A stretch of 63,227 bases of DNA, from NCBI GenBank assembly GCA_025935515.1, contig JAICVC010000001.1, positions 1 to 63,227 on the forward strand, written 5' to 3'. Of this stretch, positions 47,416-56,561 are shown piece after piece. How positions within the stretch are numbered: position 1 is the stretch's first letter; every line of letters begins with the position of its first letter. Origin of the DNA: Sphingomonas sp. Lineage in GTDB: Bacteria > Pseudomonadota > Alphaproteobacteria > Sphingomonadales > Sphingomonadaceae. Under the pieces are notes generated by a model. That model did not search any database and was not told the origin of the DNA. It saw only the letters and a list, made by a program, of their open reading frames with translations. Made by a program: the position numbers and the translations under genes.

Positions 47416-49832
47416 TCTGCGGCTTCCCGCCAGAACTCCTCATCCGACGGCGCGCCGGGCCAATCGGTGCGGGTCAGCATCGGGTACCATTGCGCCGGAT
47501 CGTCACCGACCGCCGCACGAATGTCGTCGAGGCGGCGGACCATCGCCTCGCGGCCCGACAGGACCGTCAGCACGTCGGGCATGCCGCCAAGATCGAGCCT
47601 GGCGACGACCGACCGGTTGGCCTGGCGAACTAGGAAGCAATGGCTGTGCACCGGCAGGCTGCGGATGAACTCCAGCTCCTGCGCGCTGAGCCCGAAACCC
47701 TGGCAATAATGCTCTTCGCGCGCCTTGTTGTTGGGCATGAAGATGGCCGTCGCGGTCTGCTCGACGATCGCCGAGGCAATCGAGCTGTCGAGGGCGTCGG
47801 CGGCCGACTGGGTCGCGAAACCGATCATCGCGTTGCGCTTACGAAGGGTCTTCATCCAGTTGCGGATGCGCGCCGCGAACATCGGATCGTCGAGCGCCTT
47901 CCAGGCCTCGTCGATGAGAATCATCGTCGGCGAGCCGTCTAGCCGGTCCTCGATCCGGTGGAACAAATAGAGCAGCACCGGGGTGCGAAGGCGGCGGTCC
48001 TCGAGCAGCTCGGTCATGTCGAAGCCGAGCACTCGGTTCTCGAAATCGAGCTCATCCTCCGCATTGTCGAACAGCCACGCATGCTCGCCATCGAAGATCC
48101 ACGGGTCGAGTCGGGAGGAGAGGTCCCCCGGCTGCGGCCGGCGGCCGCCCCCGAGCAGGTCGCGCAGGAAGCGCAGCCGGCGAAGGCCGGGACCATGGGC
48201 GTAGATCTCGTCGATCGCCTTGGCGATGGCGGTCTCTTCCTCGGCGCCATTGGCCTCGAGGAGCACCGACAGCCAGTCGCGCAGGAAGGCACGGTTGACG
48301 GCGGTGTCAGGCAGCCGCAGCGGGTTGAACCCGGTCGGCGCGCCGCGCGTGATCCGCTCGTAGCGGCCGCCGAGCGCGCGCATGAAGATTTCTGACCCGC
48401 GGTCCTTGTCGAACATGATCGTGCGCGGCGAGAACTTCTGCGCCTGGGCAGCCAGGAAATTGAGCACCACGGTCTTGCCCGACCCGGATGGGCCGATGAT
48501 CGTGAAATTGCCGAGGTCGCCCTCGTGGAAGTTGAAGAAATAGGGGGTCGCGCTGGTCGTCTCGAAGACCGTGACCGCCTCGCCCCAATGGTTGCCGCGC
48601 GCGCGGCCCATCGGGAACCCGTGCAGCGAGATGAAGCCCGCCGCGTTGGAGCTCGAGATCAGCGCCCGGCGAACCACATATTGCTCGTTGCCCGGGAACT
48701 GGCCCCAGAACGCCGGCTCCAGATTGACGTCCTCACGCACCGCGACGGCGCCGATGTCGGCCAGCGCCGCAGCCGCGTCGGCGGTCGCGCTTTCGAGCGT
48801 GTCCAGCGAGCCGCTGCGCACCAGCAGGCTCAAATGATGATCGCCGAAAGTCAGCTGTCCCGCGCCGACCGCATCGCGCGCGGCGAGCATCTCGGCGCGC
48901 TCGGTTGCCGCACCCTCATCGGCGCTGCGCAGGCGGCGCAGCGAAAGGTCGATCCGCTCGCGCGCAGTCTGGCGCTCAATCGGGGCGAAGCTCTCGGTGA
49001 TCACCAGCTCGTGCGGGACCCGGAGCAGCGAATCCAGCAGGCCGGCTCGGCTGGCGTCGGGATATTCCTTGATCCCGAGGATGCTGGCGAAGCCGCGGCT
49101 CGCGGGGCCCCGCACCTCGATCGCGTCGAGGCCGAAGCTGACCCGCGAATAGGGGATATGCTGGCCAAGGTCCTGCTCGGGCCGCGGCATCAGCACCGGC
49201 CGCATCTCGCCATTGTACAGCGCCGACAGAAGCTCGAGCGGCTCGGAATAGATTCCCGTCTCGTTCTCGTACGTGCCGAGGACGCGCACGCCATAGGATT
49301 GCAGCGCCGCGGTCAGCGCCGCAGTGGCCGAATCGAGCTCGAGCGCCTCGGCTCCAGTCAGTTCGGTCGTCGCCGGCTTCGAGCCGAGCTTGCTCAGCCG
49401 CTCGGGAAGGCCAGCCTTGCCCCGCGGCGGACGGATGACGATGGTCAGGAATTGCTCGTTGAGGAACAGCCGGCCCTGGTTGAGCTGGGCAGTCCAGCGG
49501 CGATCGAGATCGGCCGAGAAAGCGTCGGGGTTGCGGGCGCCGAGGTCGACTTCGACGCGGCGGCGAATCAGATGATGGTAGAGCACCGCCTTGGAGTTGA
49601 GCGCGCTGCGGAGGACAACGTCACGCACCGCCAACAGGTGGTTGAGGACCTCGTCATCCTCCGTCTCGAACGGAAAGCCGGCGAGTCGCATGCAGCGCAT
49701 CAACGAGCCGTCGCGCAGGCGCAGCGTCGAAGCGTCGATGTGACAGGCATAGGGAAGGCGGTCGCCGCCGCGGGCTTCCTTCTTGTTCCATGCTGCCGGT
49801 CCGAACCATTTGGTCATGCTCGAAGCTTTCAT
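47412..49832 (-). CDS. virB4: Type IV secretion ATPase VirB4
   Basis: LPY..H, FWGQFPGN, IGPSGSGKT Walker A, FDKDRG, GFNPL, ILIDEAW Walker B, LRKRN, FATQ. Confidence 0.95.
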   Translation of the reverse strand: MKASSMTKWFGPAAWNKKEARGGDRLPYACHIDASTLRLRDGSLMRCMRLAGFPFETEDDEVLNHLLAVRDVVLRSALNSKAVLYHHLIRRRVEVDLGARNPDAFSADLDRRWTAQLNQGRLFLNEQFLTIVIRPPRGKAGLPERLSKLGSKPATTELTGAEALELDSATAALTAALQSYGVRVLGTYENETGIYSEPLELLSALYNGEMRPVLMPRPEQDLGQHIPYSRVSFGLDAIEVRGPASRGFASILGIKEYPDASRAGLLDSLLRVPHELVITESFAPIERQTARERIDLSLRRLRSADEGAATERAEMLAARDAVGAGQLTFGDHHLSLLVRSGSLDTLESATADAAAALADIGAVAVREDVNLEPAFWGQFPGNEQYVVRRALISSSNAAGFISLHGFPMGRARGNHWGEAVTVFETTSATPYFFNFHEGDLGNFTIIGPSGSGKTVVLNFLAAQAQKFSPRTIMFDKDRGSEIFMRALGGRYERITRGAPTGFNPLRLPDTAVNRAFLRDWLSVLLEANGAEEETAIAKAIDEIYAHGPGLRRLRFLRDLLGGGRRPQPGDLSSRLDPWIFDGEHAWLFDNAEDELDFENRVLGFDMTELLEDRRLRTPVLLYLFHRIEDRLDGSPTMILIDEAWKALDDPMFAARIRNWMKTLRKRNAMIGFATQSAADALDSSIASAIVEQTATAIFMPNNKAREEHYCQGFGLSAQELEFIRSLPVHSHCFLVRQANRSVVARLDLGGMPDVLTVLSGREAMVRRLDDIRAAVGDDPAQWYPMLTRTDWPGAPSDEEFWREAAE

Positions 49833-49842
49833 CCTCACTGGC

Positions 49843-50124
49843 TCAGGGCGCGTAGCTGTTGCAGCCCCAGCGCTTCCAATTCTTGACGCGCGCGCAGCGG
49901 CTGACCTTGGTGATCCAGAGGTCGAAGATCCGCGGCTCGCGAAGACAGGCGAAGTAGCCGATCACGTGCACTGCCAGCGCCACTGGAAGCGCAAGGAAGC
50001 TGTGGGTGATCAGGAACGCCTCGGTGGTCACCGCTGCGTTGATGATGAAATAGGAATAGGTCACGCCCGCAAACATCTGCGGCCGGGTCAACGCGCGAAA
50101 CACGGGCGACCGGGAAAGCGCCAT
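49843..50124 (-). CDS. virB3: Type IV secretion protein VirB3
   Basis: PVFRALTRPQMFAGV, two TMs, EPRIFDLW, NSYAP. Confidence 0.9.
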   Translation of the reverse strand: MALSRSPVFRALTRPQMFAGVTYSYFIINAAVTTEAFLITHSFLALPVALAVHVIGYFACLREPRIFDLWITKVSRCARVKNWKRWGCNSYAP

Positions 50125-50126
50125 CG

Positions 50127-50426
50127 CTAGCCCGCCGCTGCTGCGGACTGGATGCCGCTGACGATCGCGCCCGCGCCGAACAGGATGAAGCAGCCGATGA
50201 TGACGGTGGCTCCGAAGCGCCAATTCATCCGCCCGGTCAGCATCATGAATCCGACCATGGCGACGGCGATCACCGCGACAGCGGTGGCGACGTTGCCTAG
50301 CAAGGTGCCCTGGAGCCACATCAGCGCGGCGACGATCGGGCCCGACCCTTGCGGATCGGCCGCGGCAGCGGCCGGCGAGCTCGCCAGGATCAGTGGAAGA
50401 GCGGCAATGCCGCGAGCGATTTTCAT
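50127..50426 (-). CDS. virB2: Pilin VirB2/TrbC
   Basis: Signal peptide, GNVATAVAVIAVAMVG.MM.TGRMNW...VIIGC.ILFGA. Confidence 0.9.
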   Translation of the reverse strand: MKIARGIAALPLILASSPAAAAADPQGSGPIVAALMWLQGTLLGNVATAVAVIAVAMVGFMMLTGRMNWRFGATVIIGCFILFGAGAIVSGIQSAAAAG

Positions 50427-51100
50427 TGGCTTCCTCCGGTGGAATTCAGGGCGATGCGACGCACGATCGAGCTCACATAGGCCTGGGTTTCAGCGATTGC
50501 GGGGATGCCTCCGGCACTTCGAACGCGTCCGGGTCCGGCATTGTAGGCCGCGAGCGCCTTTTCCACATTTCCGTCAAATTGATCAAGCAGTTGGCGAAGA
50601 TATCGAGCGCCTCCGTGAAGGTTGGCGATGGGGTCGGAAGGATTGACTCCAAGGTAGCGCGCGGTCGCCGGCATCAACTGCGTCAGGCCCATCGCGCCCT
50701 TGGGCGAGACGGCCTGCGCGTTCCAGCGGCTCTCCTGCCAGACGAGCGCCGAAAGCAGCGAGGGGCTGACGTTGGCGGCTGCGGCGGCCTGGTGCAGCGC
50801 GGCGGCATATTGTGGCGGCACCGGTGCCGGACCGATGTCGGTGTAGGCATAGGCCGGGACGATCGGCGCTCCGGTCTGGTCGACGATCTTGTCGGAAGCC
50901 GCGGTGGTGATGACTTCCCAATTGGCGGCGCCCGCGCCTTCGCGGACCGAAACGGTGCCGTCGGGCGCGATGTCCATGACTTGTGCCTGTGAAGGGGACG
51001 CGACGACAGCCGCGGCAACGCCCAAGGCGGCCGCGGCCAGGCGCAGGCTGCGCCTTGCGGAACGGAAAGCTGCTAGCCGCAGCGAGAATTCAAGAAACAA
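50423..51100 (-). CDS. Lytic transglycosylase (VirB1-like, SLT domain)
   Basis: QESRWN, SPKGAMGLTQLMP, GARYL, AYNAGPG, ETQAYV; start uncertain. Confidence 0.9.
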   Translation of the reverse strand: MFLEFSLRLAAFRSARRSLRLAAAALGVAAAVVASPSQAQVMDIAPDGTVSVREGAGAANWEVITTAASDKIVDQTGAPIVPAYAYTDIGPAPVPPQYAAALHQAAAAANVSPSLLSALVWQESRWNAQAVSPKGAMGLTQLMPATARYLGVNPSDPIANLHGGARYLRQLLDQFDGNVEKALAAYNAGPGRVRSAGGIPAIAETQAYVSSIVRRIALNSTGGSQ

Positions 51101-51229
51101 TCTCCGCCACCCCCCGGGGTACTTTTGCCATCTTGCACAGCCGCGGAGGATCGCGCGAGATAGTTAATTATTATTTACGATAGGATGTGTCCGAAGGCGC
51201 GTTCGGCGGCGGTTCTTCCTGAGAAAAAC

Positions 51230-51238
51230 TGTGGATAA
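51230..51238 (-). promoter_or_regulatory. Single consensus DnaA box
   Basis: TGTGGATAA, i.e. TTATCCACA on the minus strand, in the virB1/manC divergent spacer. Confidence 0.35.
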
Positions 51239-51378
51239 ACCGCTCGTCGCAACAGGGGTTAGTTTTAAACGGAAAGTAAACAGAGTTTGGGCTGTCTGGG
51301 CAGCGATTTTCGGCGCGATAGGCTGGGTGGATTTTTGACGGTAAGCAGGCGCTTGCGGAACATCAGTGGAGGCCAACC

Positions 51379-52809
51379 ATCATTCGTCCGGTGATCCTGT
51401 GCGGCGGGGCCGGGACGCGACTCTGGCCGGTGTCGCGACAGACCTTCCCAAAGCAACTGCTGCCGGTCGCGGGCGAACAGTCGCTGCTGCAACAAACGGC
51501 CAACCGCCTGTCGGGTGATCGTTTCGCGCCCGCGATCGTGGTCAGCGGCGAGGACCAAAGATTCTTCATCATGCGCCAGCTGGAGGCCGCCGGCGCGCCC
51601 GTCGAATCAATCCTGCTCGAACCCTCGGGCCGCAACACGTCGGCCGCGGCCGGGCTCGCCGCCTCGTGGCTGCTGGCCTCGGGCCGCGATGACTTGCTCC
51701 TATTGATGCCGTCCGACCATGTGATTGGCGACCGCGACGCCTTCCTGAAGGCGATCGAGATCGGCGCATCGCACGCTGAACAGGGCTCGATCGTCACCTT
51801 CGGGGCGAGCCCCACCGGGCCGAACACGCAATATGGCTATATCGAAGCCGACATGAGCCCCCCGTCCCCCGACGGCGCCTACCCAATTGCCCGGTTCGTC
51901 GAAAAGCCGAGCGCCGACAAGGCGGCGGGATATCTCGCCAGCGGGCGATTCTTCTGGAACGCAGGGATCTTTCTCGCCAGGGCCAGCACACTCCTCGACG
52001 AGATGCGGCAGTTCCTGCCCGCGAGCCTCGACGCGATCTCGCGCTCGGTCGCGGAAAGCGCCACCGATGGCCTGTTCGTCCGCCCCGCCGCTGCCGCCTT
52101 CAACCAGGCCGAGAACATCTCGATCGACCATGGCCTCATGGAGAAGACCTCGCGCGGCGTTGTGGTGCCGGTCCAGATGCAATGGTCGGACGTCGGATCG
52201 TGGGATGCGATTTGGGCGCTCGCCGCCAAGGATGGCGACGGCAATGTCACCCAGGGCGAGGTCGTCTCGATCGACACGACGAGCTCGCTGCTGCGCAGCG
52301 ACGGCGGCGCGCTGATCGCCGCCGTCGGTCTCGATCGGATGGCGGTCATCGCGGTCCGCGACGCCGTGTTCGTCGCCCCGCTCGACCGGGTCTCGGACGT
52401 CAAACATGTGGTCGAGGCGCTGAAGGGCCGGGAGCCGGACCGTCTCACCTCGCCGCCGAAGGTCGCCCGTCCATGGGGCTCGTACGAGACCGTTGCCGAC
52501 GGCCCCGGCTTCCAGGTCAAGCATATCGTCGTCGACCCCGGCGAGCGGCTCTCGCTGCAAAGCCATGCCCACCGCTCGGAGCATTGGGTGGTGGTCCGCG
52601 GCGCGGCCGAAGTGACCGTCGGCGACAGCGTCACGATCCTCCACGAAAATGAATCGACCTACATCCCGGCCGGCACGATCCATCGGCTGGCCAACCCGGG
52701 CACGATCCAGCTCGAGCTGATCGAAGTCCAGTGCGGCTCCTACCTCGGCGAAGACGACATCCACCGCCTCGACGACGAATATGGGCGGGCGGAGACGAAG
52801 GAACGCTAG
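51379..52809 (+). CDS. manC: Mannose-1-phosphate guanylyltransferase/mannose-6-phosphate isomerase; probable ATC start
   Basis: IRPVILCGGAGTRLWPVSR..PKQ, EPSGRNT, PSDH, FVEKP, WNAGIF, SID, WSDVGSW, RPWG, HRSEHWVVV, EDDI.R. Confidence 0.95.
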   Translation: MIRPVILCGGAGTRLWPVSRQTFPKQLLPVAGEQSLLQQTANRLSGDRFAPAIVVSGEDQRFFIMRQLEAAGAPVESILLEPSGRNTSAAAGLAASWLLASGRDDLLLLMPSDHVIGDRDAFLKAIEIGASHAEQGSIVTFGASPTGPNTQYGYIEADMSPPSPDGAYPIARFVEKPSADKAAGYLASGRFFWNAGIFLARASTLLDEMRQFLPASLDAISRSVAESATDGLFVRPAAAAFNQAENISIDHGLMEKTSRGVVVPVQMQWSDVGSWDAIWALAAKDGDGNVTQGEVVSIDTTSSLLRSDGGALIAAVGLDRMAVIAVRDAVFVAPLDRVSDVKHVVEALKGREPDRLTSPPKVARPWGSYETVADGPGFQVKHIVVDPGERLSLQSHAHRSEHWVVVRGAAEVTVGDSVTILHENESTYIPAGTIHRLANPGTIQLELIEVQCGSYLGEDDIHRLDDEYGRAETKER

Positions 52810-52890
52810 CCCTCGAGCTGGCGTGCCGGTTGACGGCAGCGTCCACCATCGCAAGAGCGGGCCCTGGAAACCCGCAATCGAGGTGAGCCC

Positions 52891-53133
52891 GTGAGAGTCC
52901 TGTTCTACGGCCGGTTGGCCGAAACCATCGGGCCCGAGCTGGAAATCGACTCACCGCCCGGCGGCTCCGTGGCAGAGCTGCGCGAGAAACTCATCGCCGA
53001 GCACCCGCAAGCGGAGCAGCCGCTGCGCAGCAAGCGAGCGCGGGCCTGCGTCGGCGACGCCCTCGTCCCCGACACCTATGTGCTGCAGGCCGCGGACCGC
53101 GTCGAGTTCCTGCCGCCGGTGTCCGGCGGATGA
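52891..53133 (+). CDS. moaD: Molybdopterin synthase sulfur carrier
   Basis: 80 aa, C-terminal FLPPVSGG. Confidence 0.92.
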   Translation: MRVLFYGRLAETIGPELEIDSPPGGSVAELREKLIAEHPQAEQPLRSKRARACVGDALVPDTYVLQAADRVEFLPPVSGG

Positions 53134-53588
53134 GCGTTGTTGCCCGCCTCGAAGAGCAGGCGCTTCAGCCCGAGCAGGAGCTCGCGGCGCTGCTCGAGCA
53201 GGCGACGGGCGACGGGGCAGTGGTCAGCTTTACCGGAATCGCACGGCCCGGGTCGGAAGGCGGCGAGGCCGTCCACGGGCTCGTGCTCGAGCACCATCCC
53301 ACGCTCACCCTACAATCGCTCGAAGATATTGCCGTCGAGGCCGCCGCGCGGTTCGACATCAGCCATGTGCGCGTCGTCCACCACTGCGGCGACATTGCCG
53401 CCGGCGAGCCGATCGTCTTTGCCGGCGCGGCAGCGCTCCATCGCCGGGCCGCCTTCGAGGCTGTCGATTACCTCATGGACCGGCTGAAGACGGAGGCGGT
53501 GTTCTGGAAGCGCGAGATCGGCGAGGACGGATCGGAATGGATCGAACCGACCGAAGCCGATTATGCCGCCCGCGAACGCTGGGACTGA
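53130..53588 (+). CDS. moaE: Molybdopterin synthase catalytic subunit
   Basis: GAVVSFTG..R, HRRAAF, MDRLK..A.FWKRE. Confidence 0.92.
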   Translation: MSVVARLEEQALQPEQELAALLEQATGDGAVVSFTGIARPGSEGGEAVHGLVLEHHPTLTLQSLEDIAVEAAARFDISHVRVVHHCGDIAAGEPIVFAGAAALHRRAAFEAVDYLMDRLKTEAVFWKREIGEDGSEWIEPTEADYAARERWD

Positions 53589-53591
53589 AGC

Positions 53592-54128
53592 ATGGCCGGG
53601 ATCGACGAGAGCCTGACCTTCCATCCGCTGCGCATCGCGGTCCTGACCGTTTCGGACAGCCGGACGGAGGACACCGACAAGTCCGGAGGCCTCCTCGCGG
53701 AGCGGCTCACCGCCGCCGGCCATGCGCTTGCTGGCAAGCAGATCGTCAGCGACGACGTGGAGGCGATCCGGGCACAGGTCCGCTTATGGGTCGCCGATGA
53801 TGGTGTCGATGTGATCATCTCGACCGGTGGCACCGGCTTCGCGCCGCGCGACGTCACGCCAGAGGCGGTGAAGCCCTTGTTCCGGCGGGAGATGGACGGC
53901 TTCTCGGTGCTCTTCCACCAGGCAAGCTATGGCACCGTGGGCTTCTCCACCCTGCAGTCGCGCGCCTGCGCCGGCCAGATCGAAGAGACCTTCGTCTTCT
54001 GCCTGCCCGGCAGCACCGGCGCCTGCCGCGACGGGTGGGACCTGGTGCTCAGATATGAGCTCGACAGCCGTTACCGACCCTGCTCGCTCGCTGGTCAGGT
54101 CCCGCGCCTCAGGCGCCTTTGCGCATGA
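53592..54128 (+). CDS. moaB: Molybdopterin adenylyltransferase MoaB
   Basis: IAVLTVSDSR, DKSG, STGGTGFAPRDVTPEA, QSRA, FCLPGS. Confidence 0.92.
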   Translation: MAGIDESLTFHPLRIAVLTVSDSRTEDTDKSGGLLAERLTAAGHALAGKQIVSDDVEAIRAQVRLWVADDGVDVIISTGGTGFAPRDVTPEAVKPLFRREMDGFSVLFHQASYGTVGFSTLQSRACAGQIEETFVFCLPGSTGACRDGWDLVLRYELDSRYRPCSLAGQVPRLRRLCA

Positions 54129-54601
54129 GCCGTTTGAGCCATCTCGACGAAAGCGGGCGCGCGCGGATGGTCGATGTATCGGACAAGGAGGCGACGGCCC
54201 GGACTGCGACCGCGGCGGGAACCCTCACCTGCCTGCCGCAAACACTCGAACAAGTGCGCGCGGGCAAGGGGCCCAAAGGCTCGGTCATTCAGACCGCCGA
54301 ACTCGCGGGGGTCATGGGTGCCAAGCGCACCGCCGAACTCATCCCGCTATGCCATCCGCTGCCGCTCACCAAGGTCGAGGTCCGGATCGAGATCGATGAC
54401 TCTCTGCCCGGCTTTCGAGCCACGTCGGAACTCCGCACCAAAGCCGTCACTGGCGTCGAGATGGAAGCACTGACCGCTGTCTCGATTGCCTGCCTCACCC
54501 TGTTCGACATGCTCAAGGCAATCGACCGGACGATGATCATCGGCGGGATCGTGGTCACGTCCAAGACAGGCGGCAAATCGGACGACTGGCAGCGGACATG
54601 A
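54125..54601 (+). CDS. moaC: Cyclic pyranopterin monophosphate synthase
   Basis: [44 protein letters not shown]. Confidence 0.95.
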   Translation: MSRLSHLDESGRARMVDVSDKEATARTATAAGTLTCLPQTLEQVRAGKGPKGSVIQTAELAGVMGAKRTAELIPLCHPLPLTKVEVRIEIDDSLPGFRATSELRTKAVTGVEMEALTAVSIACLTLFDMLKAIDRTMIIGGIVVTSKTGGKSDDWQRT

Positions 54602-55785
54602 TCAGTTTCGACGAGGCGGTCGAGCTCATCCGCTCGGCCGCCAAACCGCTCGGGACGGAGACGGTCACAATAGTGGAGGCCGCTGGCCGGGTGCTTGCCA
54701 ACCCCGTCGTCGCGCAGATCGATTCGCCGCGCTCGGACGTGTCGGCAATGGACGGCTATGCAGTACGCGAAGCGGACCTCGACAGTCTGCCTGCGTCGCT
54801 GAAAGTCATCGGCGAATCCTTTGCCGGATCCGGCTTCGATGGGTCGGTCTCCCCGGGCGCCTGCGTCCGAATCTTCACCGGTGCACCCGTTCCTTCGGGC
54901 GCCGACCGTGTCGTGATGCAGGAAAATGTGCGGCGCGAGGGTGATCTGGAGATCATCGATGAACAACCTGGTTCCGCGTCGCAGGTCCGCAGACGCGGCT
55001 CCGATTTCGCAACCGGCGACGAGCTACTTGCCGCCGGACGCCGGATCGATCCCCGCGCCATCGTCGCAGCTGCCGCCGCCGACCTGGCTGAGCTGGAAGT
55101 CTATCGCCGACCACGCCTGCATATCCTCAGCACGGGCGACGAGCTTGCCCAGCCTGGAACGGCTCGGAGCCGGGCCCACGCGATTCCGGAAAGCGTGTCG
55201 CTCGGCGTGGCCGCCCTCGCCGAGCAATGGGGAGCCGAGTGTCTTGGGCGAACCTGCCTGCGCGACGACCTGCATTCAATGGAGTCGGCCGCTGCAGCCG
55301 CGCTCAACGCCGCAGAGGTGATCGTGGTGACCGGCGGAGCGTCGGTGGGCGAAAAGGATTTCGCGAAGGCGATGTTCGAGCCGCTCGGGCTCGAGCTGGT
55401 CTTTTCCAAGGTCTCGATCAAGCCCGGAAAGCCGGCATGGCTCGGCCGTGTCGGCGAGAAGCTTGTCATGGGCCTCCCTGGCAACCCCACTTCGGCGCTG
55501 GTCACCGCCCGGCTCTTTCTCGCGCCGGTTCTCGCGGGATTGACGGGCGCACCGATCGAACGGGCTCTCGCATGGCGACGCATCCCCCTTGCCTCCCCGC
55601 TTGGCGATTGCGGCGCGCGAGAGACGTTCCACCGGGCCCGGCTCCTTAGCGGCGCCGCCGAAATCCTCTCATTCCAGGATTCGAGCGCGCAGAAGGCACT
55701 CGCCCAAGCCGACCTGCTCGTCCGCCAGCGCGCGAATGCGCGGGCGATGCCCCCCGGCGAGCTTGTCGAGTTTCTCGACTTTTAG
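54598..55785 (+). CDS. moeA: Molybdopterin molybdotransferase
   Basis: [49 protein letters not shown]. Confidence 0.95.
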   Translation: MISFDEAVELIRSAAKPLGTETVTIVEAAGRVLANPVVAQIDSPRSDVSAMDGYAVREADLDSLPASLKVIGESFAGSGFDGSVSPGACVRIFTGAPVPSGADRVVMQENVRREGDLEIIDEQPGSASQVRRRGSDFATGDELLAAGRRIDPRAIVAAAAADLAELEVYRRPRLHILSTGDELAQPGTARSRAHAIPESVSLGVAALAEQWGAECLGRTCLRDDLHSMESAAAAALNAAEVIVVTGGASVGEKDFAKAMFEPLGLELVFSKVSIKPGKPAWLGRVGEKLVMGLPGNPTSALVTARLFLAPVLAGLTGAPIERALAWRRIPLASPLGDCGARETFHRARLLSGAAEILSFQDSSAQKALAQADLLVRQRANARAMPPGELVEFLDF

Positions 55786-55792
55786 CCCCGGC

Positions 55793-56533
55793 TCATGTGA
55801 ACAGCAGCTTGGCGCCGGCAATCGTCAGGACCAGGCCGAGCGTCCGCAAAAGCCATGGACGCGGCAGCCGCTCGACCCCGAGCCACGTCCCAATCACCGC
55901 GCCGCCAGCCACCGACAGCAGGAAGATCGGGAGCTCGTGCGGCAAATGGCCGACCGATGCGGCGTTCCCGGCGAGGCCGGCCGCGGAGTTGAGGAAGATG
56001 AAGGCGGAAACCACACCGGAGGTGCGACGGGGCTCCTCCCACGCCATCAGGATGATCAGCGGGCTGAGGAAAATACCGCCGCCCGTTCCGGTAAGACCTG
56101 CAAGCAGGCCCAGCACTGCGCCTGCTGGAAGCGTGATCCACGGCGACGGTGCCTCGACGGGCCTGTCGGCGAGGGCCTTCGGATGCCACAGCAGCCGCGC
56201 CGCGGCGAGCCAAAGCAGGATGCCGACGAGCGGCTTGTAGTAGATCGCGGGCAGATGGATTCCGCCGCCGAGGAAGGCCGCCGGCGTCGCGGTCAGCGCG
56301 AAGGCGAGCACCAGCTTGCCGTTGGTGAGCCCGCGCCGCCAGTAGCGCCACGCCCCGAACCCGGCGACGAGCAAGTTCAGCGCCAGCGCCGTCGGTTTCA
56401 TCGTTTCGGGCGCGACCGAGAACAGGGCCATGGCCGCGATATAGGCTGACGCACCCCCGTGCCCGACGCTGGAATAAAGCGCCGCGCCGAGCGCGAACAG
56501 GATTGCCAGCGCGGCGACAGTCGTCGGGTCCAT
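55793..56533 (-). CDS. Sulfite exporter TauE/SafE family permease
   Basis: SSVGHGG and GLTGTGGGIF repeats; about 8 TMs. Confidence 0.88.
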   Translation of the reverse strand: MDPTTVAALAILFALGAALYSSVGHGGASAYIAAMALFSVAPETMKPTALALNLLVAGFGAWRYWRRGLTNGKLVLAFALTATPAAFLGGGIHLPAIYYKPLVGILLWLAAARLLWHPKALADRPVEAPSPWITLPAGAVLGLLAGLTGTGGGIFLSPLIILMAWEEPRRTSGVVSAFIFLNSAAGLAGNAASVGHLPHELPIFLLSVAGGAVIGTWLGVERLPRPWLLRTLGLVLTIAGAKLLFT

Positions 56534-56561
56534 GTCCAGGCCCTAATGCTGCAGTCAGGGC

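Noticed and set aside
43139-51100. Interpretation as a conjugative element/ICE
   Set aside because: No relaxase, coupling protein, integrase, flanking direct repeats or evident compositional break in the window.
51230-51238. Replication origin
   Set aside because: A single DnaA box with no box cluster or origin-associated genes.
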